A stretch of DNA of 56,879 bases from Legionellaceae bacterium UBA2794. Its GTDB lineage: Bacteria; Pseudomonadota; Gammaproteobacteria; Legionellales; Legionellaceae. The position numbers and the translations under genes were made by a program. The first letter of the stretch is position 1. Each line of letters begins with the position of its first letter. The notes beneath the pieces are model-generated. The model worked only from the letters and a program-made list of their open reading frames with translations, was not told where the DNA came from and did not search any database. Shown piece after piece: positions 27,144 to 34,328 of the stretch. The stretch lies in contig DEHS01000088.1 of assembly GCA_002352055.1 (NCBI GenBank), forward strand, positions 23,151 to 80,029, given 5' to 3'.

Positions 27144-27698
27144 TTATATTTGTTGATTTGCAAGCCAATCTTCGAGCGTTAAAGCAAAACGGAAATGATC
27201 TTGCCAAATACCATTTACTTTTAAATATCGAGGAGAGAAACCTTCTTTTAAAAATCCATTTTTGGTCACAAGATGAATTGATGCTGTATTAGTGGGTTGG
27301 ATATTGGCTTCAATTCTGTGAAGATCCAATGTTATGAAAATTTCCTTTAAGACTAGCTTTAATGATTTACTCATCAAGCCTTTACCTGCAAAATCAACAG
27401 AGGCATAGTATCCAAGGTAAGCACTTTTGAAAACGCCTTGCATCATACCACTCACATTAAATACGCCAATTATTTTATTATCTGAAGAGTATGCAATGAA
27501 ATAGTGTTCACTTTCTTTTTTACTTTTTTCCAGGTAGCTCGCGAATTCTTCTGTAGTCTTTGGTGCAGTAATAAATGGAAAATGAAATTCTTGGCTATTA
27601 TTCATTGTTGAAATGAAAAGCTTTTCATCTTGTGCTGAGGGTTCGCGTAAGGTAATGGTATCCGTCATATAATAATTCACAATGGCTAAATAATTCAT
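27144..27698 (-). CDS. GNAT (RimJ/RimL-type) N-acetyltransferase
   Basis: LREPSAQDE, GYYASVDFAGKGLMSKSL, HRIEANIQPTNTASIHLVTKNGF. Alternative start at 27668. Confidence 0.75.
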   Translation of the reverse strand: MNYLAIVNYYMTDTITLREPSAQDEKLFISTMNNSQEFHFPFITAPKTTEEFASYLEKSKKESEHYFIAYSSDNKIIGVFNVSGMMQGVFKSAYLGYYASVDFAGKGLMSKSLKLVLKEIFITLDLHRIEANIQPTNTASIHLVTKNGFLKEGFSPRYLKVNGIWQDHFRFALTLEDWLANQQI

Positions 27699-27799
27699 TT
27701 TATCATGGAACCGTTAATGTAATAGTTTACAATTTAGATTGATTGACATTATTAATGTACAATAGGTCGCTGAGCCTTTGCTGTGTGAGATGTATGCCA

Positions 27800-29485
27800 A
27801 TGAATAAAATAAAAACAATGACAATAAAAGCTTTTACAGAGGAATATAGCAGGTTATTACAAAGCTATACAGTTGATGACTTGAGGCTGATTTTAATTTC
27901 AATGGCAAACGAAGTAAAACCTGCGGCTCGACGTGAGTTTATTAATAAACTATTGATGAAGACAAAACAAGTTCATCAGTTAGAGAGAGCAGATGAGAGT
28001 ATCCTAGATGAAATTCAGTCACTTTTAGAAGAAATTGAGGAACAAGCAAATGAAGAACCAGAATGGAATGGATATGATGATGAGGATTCACTTGGAGAGT
28101 ACGCGCAATTTATTCCTTCAATTTCGAGCTTATTTAATAAAATAGAGACATTGTTTGATCATGGACAATATAAGCTCGCACGGCAGGCATATAAGGCACT
28201 ATTTGCAGTTTTTGAAATGGAAGATGATTATGGTCGTAGTATACAGTTGTATGATGTTGATGATTTAGAGCGGGATGAGGTAAGAGCAAGGTATTTGCGG
28301 TCAATTTATTTATCTGAAAAACCGGATAATCGAGTTAAATCATTATTAGATACTATGCAGCAGTTTGAGCAATCAGATTATACAGCACGCCCTAATTTGC
28401 AGGATGTCATTGATATTAGTGTTGACCCTCTCCCAGATTTTACTGAGTTCTTAAAAGAATGGATGCAAATAACTCAAAAAGAATTAGAGCCACAATTTGA
28501 TGCCTGGTTTAGAGAGGCTGTATCCTTGTTAGAAGGTACTCAGGGGCTAGAAAGGCTTGCTAAATTAGATGGATCAAAAAGACCGCGGGTTTTTATTGAT
28601 TGGATTAATGCACTTATTGACAGTAAAAATTATTCTAAAGCATTGGATGCGATAAATTATGCACTTGAATTATTTCCTAAAAATCACCCTATTTGTGCTG
28701 CAATTGGGGATTTGAAGGCTTTTTGTGGAGAACAGCTTCAGCAGAAAGATATTCTGTTTGATGGAAAATGGATTTCTTTTGAAGCGAAACCCGACTTATC
28801 CAAATTAATAGATATATACAATCAAACTAAATTATCAGAACGACAATTTCTGATGCACCAAGCTGTAGAAATAATTAAAACATATAAACAAACAATGAGT
28901 GGTTATAGCTCAAAAAAACACTGGGAAAGAGATTCTATTGAGACACCTTCTAATCCTAATAATTCTTTACTCATGCACGCTTATCTTTTTTCAAATCAAA
29001 TTGAGCAAGCATTTAAATTGGCTAAAGAAGGACAAGCACTGGGATGGAGTAGTACAAGTAATCCGCAGCCAGTATTCGTTGCCTATTGTTTCGTGAAGAT
29101 TACAAATCAATTGATAACTCAATTACCTAATTCACTTCGGACATTTTTGAATAATGTTTTGAGCAATAGCAATGAAGTATATTGTAATGAATTAGAGCAA
29201 CAGTTAATTGATAAACTTGAAAATGGGTATCAAGAACTTATGTCTCTTGCCGATCCTCTTTCTGAAGAAATTATTTCTTGGTGTGTCCTTGCTGCAGAAA
29301 ATAGAATTAGTGCGATAGTTAGCAACCAATATCGTGGAGCGTATGAGCGGGCTGCTTTATTGACAGCAGCTTGTGCTGAAGCTTTAAAGTATAAAAATCG
29401 ATCAGAAGCATCTGAGTTTTATCGGAATATAAAAAACAAATTTCCAAGACATACCGCCTTTCAGGCTGAATTAAGACAATTCTAG
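27800..29485 (+). CDS. hypothetical, predicted all-helical (TPR-like) protein
   Basis: Long ORF with no catalytic or P-loop motif seen. Acidic linker EEIEEQANEEPEWNGYDDED. Start uncertain (27743 TTG, or 27794, 27800 or 27818 ATG). Confidence 0.5.
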   Translation: MNKIKTMTIKAFTEEYSRLLQSYTVDDLRLILISMANEVKPAARREFINKLLMKTKQVHQLERADESILDEIQSLLEEIEEQANEEPEWNGYDDEDSLGEYAQFIPSISSLFNKIETLFDHGQYKLARQAYKALFAVFEMEDDYGRSIQLYDVDDLERDEVRARYLRSIYLSEKPDNRVKSLLDTMQQFEQSDYTARPNLQDVIDISVDPLPDFTEFLKEWMQITQKELEPQFDAWFREAVSLLEGTQGLERLAKLDGSKRPRVFIDWINALIDSKNYSKALDAINYALELFPKNHPICAAIGDLKAFCGEQLQQKDILFDGKWISFEAKPDLSKLIDIYNQTKLSERQFLMHQAVEIIKTYKQTMSGYSSKKHWERDSIETPSNPNNSLLMHAYLFSNQIEQAFKLAKEGQALGWSSTSNPQPVFVAYCFVKITNQLITQLPNSLRTFLNNVLSNSNEVYCNELEQQLIDKLENGYQELMSLADPLSEEIISWCVLAAENRISAIVSNQYRGAYERAALLTAACAEALKYKNRSEASEFYRNIKNKFPRHTAFQAELRQF

Positions 29486-29517
29486 AAACAATTATTAGAT
29501 TTTAAGTTGAAATACAA

Positions 29518-29907
29518 ATGAATACTTGTAAAAAAAGAAACTATTCGCAAAAAGTTGCGAGTATTGCAGGACAAGAGATATCAAATAAAGGTTATGTCAG
29601 TCCCATAGATTTATTTATTGGTATAGGTTGGCTTACAAAAGAAAAATTAATGGATTGGAGAATAGGTAAAATTACTTATCTTGAACGGGTGATAACAGCT
29701 AACTTAAGCAAGCTATCAAAAACAATGAAGGAGTTTCGTGCTTGGGCTAAGCATGCAAATTTAAAACCATCTAAGACGGTTTATAAACATAAAAGTTGTT
29801 TGCTAAGGTTTAGTAAAAGTGGGAACCCTAATATTGAAGAGGCTTATAGTACTCATTATGTGTTGCAGCCCCCTAATTCGAAGGGGGACGAAAAACCTAT
29901 CATTTGA
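29518..29907 (+). CDS. hypothetical basic protein
   Basis: 129-aa ORF 32 nt downstream of the 580-aa ORF. No motif recognised. Confidence 0.45.
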   Translation: MNTCKKRNYSQKVASIAGQEISNKGYVSPIDLFIGIGWLTKEKLMDWRIGKITYLERVITANLSKLSKTMKEFRAWAKHANLKPSKTVYKHKSCLLRFSKSGNPNIEEAYSTHYVLQPPNSKGDEKPII

Positions 29908-29979
29908 AATTAGTGGTTGTTGTTTTCCTTAATAAGAATTTGGCAAATTATTTAAAAAATGAGGAGCATACTCTAATTA

Positions 29980-30009
29980 CCGCCTCAACGCCGCCGCAAA
30001 CCGCCGCAA
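29980..30009. repeat. three GC-rich 9-mers at 10-11 bp spacing (iteron-like)
   Basis: CCGCCTCAA (29980-29988), CCGCCGCAA (29991-29999), CCGCCGCAA (30001-30009). They sit in an AT-rich convergent intergenic gap. Confidence 0.6.
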
Positions 30010-30038
30010 TAGGGGGATCGAGATAGTAATATGGTGAG

Positions 30039-31430
30039 TTATAGTAACTCCCAGTGACCACCTTTATCTGGTCCGACGCGTTTTAAGCGCCCTTGTTCTT
30101 TTAGTTTATTTATTTGCTTTAATATTGCTCTTTGAGTTATACCTATAATTGTTCCTAATTGTTCTGTTGTAATAAATGGATCCTGTTTCATTAATTCAAG
30201 GATATGATTTTCAGTTTTCTGTGAACTTTTCTGTGAACTTTTCTGTGAACTTTCTAAGATTTCATGTGAGTCATAGGTTTTTCTATGAACTATAGCTGTG
30301 AACAAACATCCTTCTCGATCATCGCTAAAATCTATACTTGGCCATTGATCTAAAGCCCTTTTAATTCCGGAGCCAAGACCATGATAGGGTAATAATCCTT
30401 TAGCAACATAAGACACTAAAATCGGATTGCGTATATTGGAATTACCAGTCCTGATTTTTTCTACTGTTAAATTATCTGGTAGATGCCCTGGGCTAATAAT
30501 TTCAATGCGATTATCAAAGATAAATATTCGAATAGGTGCATTAACCAAATAATCCCGATGTACTAATGCATTGACTAGTAATTCTTCAAAAACACTTTCT
30601 GGGATCTCAGGTAATCCAGGGGCATTCACGCCTCGTCCAGCTTGGATTTTATGTAAATTACGCATAATAAATGCCATTGCATCATCAAATATTTTAGAAA
30701 GAGGTCCTACAAAATCCTCTGTATCTATATAATCAGTTGCGTGGATTTTATTACCTGGGTATCGAATGGCTTTTACCACAAATTGAGGTTTTATCCATTC
30801 TGGGCGCTCAGTAAACATGAGTACCCCAGCAAGATTTAAGACATTATCATCTGTTGCCAGATTCATATTTTTTAATAATTGCAGTAAATCTTCTACAGTA
30901 TCCGGGTATTCTTGTTTATAAACATCACGCAAAAAATCACGAAAACGCAGTTTGTCTAATTTATCGATGCCAGCTTTAGTAGGTAATTCATCTGCATAAA
31001 ATTGATCAGAGATTTGAAAGAGGCGTCTTAATTCTTCTTTTGAATTTATCCTTCGTTTGTCAGCCCCAGTTTTGAGCCAAATAACCCCATTTTTATCAAA
31101 ATAGGGTTTATCAATACCTTTGGGGATAGTAAGAATAATCACAACACGATTGTTTTCCAGAGCAACATTTTGTGTCTGTACGGTGACTGGACTGCGTACA
31201 AGATGACTGCTTGCATTGCTAATCAATTGGTTGATGCGATGAACATCTTCTTTAGATAATCCAGGTATTGAACCATCATCTGCAACTCCTATAAATATTG
31301 TGCCTCCATTAAAATTGGCAAATGCAGCTATTTCTGCGGCTAAAGATTCTGCATTACGTATGTCCAATTTAAATTGGCGGGTGCTGTCCTCTCCAAGCTC
31401 AATTTCATTATGTAATGATTTGAGATTCAT
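30039..31430 (-). CDS. AlbA_2 (Schlafen-like) + HATPase_c_4 + C-terminal winged-helix protein
   Basis: AAEIAAFANFNGGTIFIGVADDGSIPGL (AlbA_2), LLVNALVHRDY..ISPGHLP..IRNPIL (RecG-C/HATPase_c_4), C-terminal wHTH. 4-nt overlap with int. Confidence 0.75.
   Translation of the reverse strand: MNLKSLHNEIELGEDSTRQFKLDIRNAESLAAEIAAFANFNGGTIFIGVADDGSIPGLSKEDVHRINQLISNASSHLVRSPVTVQTQNVALENNRVVIILTIPKGIDKPYFDKNGVIWLKTGADKRRINSKEELRRLFQISDQFYADELPTKAGIDKLDKLRFRDFLRDVYKQEYPDTVEDLLQLLKNMNLATDDNVLNLAGVLMFTERPEWIKPQFVVKAIRYPGNKIHATDYIDTEDFVGPLSKIFDDAMAFIMRNLHKIQAGRGVNAPGLPEIPESVFEELLVNALVHRDYLVNAPIRIFIFDNRIEIISPGHLPDNLTVEKIRTGNSNIRNPILVSYVAKGLLPYHGLGSGIKRALDQWPSIDFSDDREGCLFTAIVHRKTYDSHEILESSQKSSQKSSQKTENHILELMKQDPFITTEQLGTIIGITQRAILKQINKLKEQGRLKRVGPDKGGHWELL
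30215..30250. repeat. perfect 3 x 12-bp tandem repeat inside a CDS (encodes SSQKSSQKSSQK)
   Basis: TTTTCTGTGAAC x3 read directly from the sequence. Confidence 0.9.
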
Positions 31431-32683
31431 AAAGTATTTTCCTTACATTCATTTAATAATGGCTGCCATGGTTGAACAGTTGAAGTCACTAAGCTGATAT
31501 TATTTTCTTTCTTCACTAACTCTTCAATATACTTTCCCCATTGATTTAATGCATCTTTGCGTTGAGGCAGCATTTCATTTTTATTATATGTTGCCATGAT
31601 TTTAGGCATCTTATGGCCTAAACATTTTTCAATAACCACAGGATCGATATGCAATGTTTCCCCGAGTTGAGTAGCAAAAGTTCTTCGCAAATCATGCGGC
31701 GTCCATTGAGGAATACCTAAGCGTTCCTGCAGACGAATTACTGCTTTAGGTAAAGCTTTATCGGAAAGAGGCAGGTCTTCATTGATTCCAGCAAGAACAT
31801 ATGTGGAGTTGTTCTGTGTTTTAAGTTCAAAGAAAAGTTGTTTAACTGGTTGGCTTAAATGGATTTTCATTGGGATTCGTGATTTAGAATGTTCTGCTGG
31901 TATAGTCCATAGAGAATTGATGAAATCAAATTCTTTCCATTGAGCGAGTCGTAATTCCCCGGTCCTAACTCCGGTCAATAAAATAATTTTTATAGCATTT
32001 TTTATTTGTAATGAAAGCGCATGTTTGTCACTGTCTAAAAAAAGCCAAAGATTTTTGATTTCATCAATGCTTAGATGGCGTTCTCTAGGTTTTTCCATGC
32101 CGCCGATGTCTTTTGCTAAAATACTCTCAGCAGGATTTTGCTGAATACTGCCACGGCGCACCCCATAACCTAATGCTTGTTTTAATGCAGCCAATACTTT
32201 ATTAGCATGAACTGGAGAACCACGATTTACAATTTTATCTAATGCTTGTGTGATATCTTTTGTTTTTAAAGCCTCAAGCTTTTTTTCGCCTAAAAGAGGG
32301 ATGATGTCTGCGTCAATAATTTGCTTAATTTGTTTGGGTTGTGCGCGCTGTTTTTCTATGTAACCAGTATACCAGTCAAGAACCAGTTTTTTTACTGTAC
32401 TGTGATCGTATTCATTTTGTTCTTTTATTATTTCTTTAGGATTTAGTCCTGCGCGTCGTTTATCTCTGAATTCTAAAAAACTTTTTCTGGCATCAGAAAG
32501 ACTCATTTCAGGATAATGCCCAAGAATAATGTAATCTTTTTTATTATCGATCTTATAACGGTAAATCCAGGTTTTTGTTCCAGTAGGGTAGATCATGATC
32601 CCAAATCCACCGCCTTCAAATTTTTCTTCCCGCTTGTCCTTTGGTTTTAGTCGTTTAATAAACGTGTCCGTAAATTGATTCAT
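31427..32683 (-). CDS. int: P4-type tyrosine site-specific integrase (DUF4102 arm-binding N-domain)
   Basis: GGFGIMIYPTGTKTWIYRYK, TGVRTGEL, HDLRRTFAT, LGHKMPKIMATYNK (R..HxxR..Y). Confidence 0.9.
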   Translation of the reverse strand: MNQFTDTFIKRLKPKDKREEKFEGGGFGIMIYPTGTKTWIYRYKIDNKKDYIILGHYPEMSLSDARKSFLEFRDKRRAGLNPKEIIKEQNEYDHSTVKKLVLDWYTGYIEKQRAQPKQIKQIIDADIIPLLGEKKLEALKTKDITQALDKIVNRGSPVHANKVLAALKQALGYGVRRGSIQQNPAESILAKDIGGMEKPRERHLSIDEIKNLWLFLDSDKHALSLQIKNAIKIILLTGVRTGELRLAQWKEFDFINSLWTIPAEHSKSRIPMKIHLSQPVKQLFFELKTQNNSTYVLAGINEDLPLSDKALPKAVIRLQERLGIPQWTPHDLRRTFATQLGETLHIDPVVIEKCLGHKMPKIMATYNKNEMLPQRKDALNQWGKYIEELVKKENNISLVTSTVQPWQPLLNECKENTL

Positions 32684-32708
32684 CGGCTCCGCCTGATAAT
32701 TATTTTAA

Positions 32709-32732
32709 TGGGTACTTTAGTGGGTACTTTTT
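32709..32732 (+). repeat. 24-bp direct repeat copy 1 (candidate integrase arm-type site)
   Basis: TGGGTACTTTAGTGGGTACTTTTT, itself an internal doublet of GGGTACTTT. It lies 26 nt upstream of the int start. Confidence 0.85.
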
Positions 32733-32850
32733 TATGTACTTACATGAAATAAGTTGTTATTGCTTGATACATAGATTAATATTATAATCCTTATATATCA
32801 ATGTTTAAATCAGGTTTTTAGTTTTATTTGAGATTAGTTGATATCGGTTT

Positions 32851-32903
32851 GCACTAGCATGGGGTGCTAGTGGTCGAAGGTTCAAATCCTTCCGTCCCGA
32901 CCA
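32851..32903 (+). tRNA. 3' fragment of tRNA-Pro(GGG): anticodon arm to CCA, 5' acceptor/D arm missing (att core)
   Basis: Anticodon stem-loop CTAGC-ATGGGGT-GCTAG (anticodon GGG at 32861-32863, U33, G37). Variable loop TGGTC. T arm GAAGG-TTCAAAT-CCTTC. Acceptor 3' strand CGTCCCG, then A, then CCA. No complementary 5' acceptor strand (YGGGRYG) upstream. Confidence 0.75.
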
Positions 32904-32951
32904 GTTAAATCAAGTAGTTACGCAGTTCTCCCTTCGGTTATAAATTTTTAG

Positions 32952-32975
32952 TGGGTACTTTAGTGGGTACTTTTT
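32952..32975 (+). repeat. 24-bp direct repeat copy 2
   Basis: Identical TGGGTACTTTAGTGGGTACTTTTT 49 nt downstream of the tRNA fragment. Confidence 0.85.
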
Positions 32976-33122
32976 ACAATCTAAGAAAATCACTTTAAGA
33001 CATATGGCTTGGCATAAAGCAACTTGCTGAACTAATCTTTAGATTACAATTAAATGTAGATTATTAAGCAACTTTTAATTGTTGAGATAAATCTATGGGA
33101 GGCTTTTTTAAGCAAATTATTT

Positions 33123-34328
33123 ATGGAAATAAGCAACATCGAAGATTTCAAACATATACTTCAAAGTGCCCGCCTGAACTTTCTTATTGGCTCTGGTCTT
33201 TCCACTCCTTATTTAAGAACATTGGGAGATATTGAAAATCGATTTGAAGAACTAGAGGCAACTGAAGATTGTGTAGCAAAAGAATTAGCACGCGCTTCAA
33301 TTATTAAAGTGTATTTTGAGTTGAGCATCAGTAAAAATTATGAACTTTGCCATAATCAATCAGAAGACTATCAAGCAGTATTAAATAATTACAAAGCATT
33401 TCTCCATAATCTAAACAAAATTATTTTATTAAGGAGAAGCAATCTTTTAAGTAAACAAGTAAATTTGTTTACAACTAATGTTGACATCTTTCTAGAAAAG
33501 TCTCTCGAAGAACAGCATCTTGAATTCAATGATGGTTTCACTGGTACTTTAAAACCAAGTTTTGAATTAAGCAATTTTAAAAAGTCACTTTACAAAACCA
33601 GTCCACATTATGATGTTAAATCAGAAGTACCTGTGTTTAATTTATTTAAGTTACATGGATCAGTTACGTGGCAATTAGACTCAAAAGAGTCAATCAAACT
33701 TGATAATAAGTTAGATATTATAAAAACTATGCGCTCACACCTGAATGCCTTACCTGATCAATTATTGGACGAGGCAACTAAAGATAATGGAAAAGATATT
33801 AAGACAATAGAGGAACTTCTATTGGGATATCAGGGTAAGAAAATTCATGAAGATATTCAATTACTTTTATCAAATCTGAAAGATTCTTATGCCCGTATTC
33901 CTATGATTAATCCTACAAAAGAGAAATTTAAATTTACTACACTGAACTATACATACTATGAATTATTAAGAATGTTCTCGAATGAAATGGAGAGAGAAAA
34001 TTCAGTTTTATTTGTGATGGGCTTTTCTTTTGCTGATGAGCATTTAAGAGAGATTGTTCTCAGAGCTATAAACTCCAATCCAACCCTTATTGTTTATATA
34101 TTTCCTTACGATGCAAAAGCAAAAGAACAAATTAAAGGATATCTAAAATTTCAAGATTGTCTGCCCAAAAATAACAACTTAAAGTTCGTTGTACACGAAG
34201 ACGAAACCATAAAAAACGATTTAGCCAATATAAATATGAATTATTTTGAAAAACTGGCGGATAGTTTAATTAGGCCAGAACAATCTAAATCGACACCAAC
34301 AGATCTAGATGGAGAAAAGAATGAGTAA
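33123..34328 (+). CDS. SIR2-like (SIR2_2) NAD-binding/NADase protein
   Basis: FLIGSGLS (33180-33203), LFTTNVD (~33470), FKLHGSVTW (~33650), FVMGFSFADEHL. Confidence 0.85.
   Translation: MEISNIEDFKHILQSARLNFLIGSGLSTPYLRTLGDIENRFEELEATEDCVAKELARASIIKVYFELSISKNYELCHNQSEDYQAVLNNYKAFLHNLNKIILLRRSNLLSKQVNLFTTNVDIFLEKSLEEQHLEFNDGFTGTLKPSFELSNFKKSLYKTSPHYDVKSEVPVFNLFKLHGSVTWQLDSKESIKLDNKLDIIKTMRSHLNALPDQLLDEATKDNGKDIKTIEELLLGYQGKKIHEDIQLLLSNLKDSYARIPMINPTKEKFKFTTLNYTYYELLRMFSNEMERENSVLFVMGFSFADEHLREIVLRAINSNPTLIVYIFPYDAKAKEQIKGYLKFQDCLPKNNNLKFVVHEDETIKNDLANINMNYFEKLADSLIRPEQSKSTPTDLDGEKNE

Larger units (their letters stand above)
4105..32903. mobile_element. putative integrative mobilisable element or island segment (traD-traI ... 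int-att); left boundary not determinable
   Basis: A T4CP and relaxase at one side, with a P4-type integrase and tRNA-Pro 3' fragment at the other. No Mpf genes between them. No second copy of the att core was noticed in the window. Confidence 0.35.

Noticed and set aside
30215-30250. Tandem repeats considered as a possible mini-CRISPR or VNTR locus.
   Set aside because: It is only 3 units of 12 bp with no spacers and lies in frame within a CDS. I reported it as a coding tandem repeat instead.
32828-32903. Possibility that a complete, functional tRNA-Pro gene is present.
   Set aside because: The 7 nt at the expected 5' acceptor position (TTGAGAT, or any shift of 1-2 nt) cannot pair with the 3' strand CGTCCCG, and the D stem is poor. 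Only the anticodon arm to CCA is tRNA-like.
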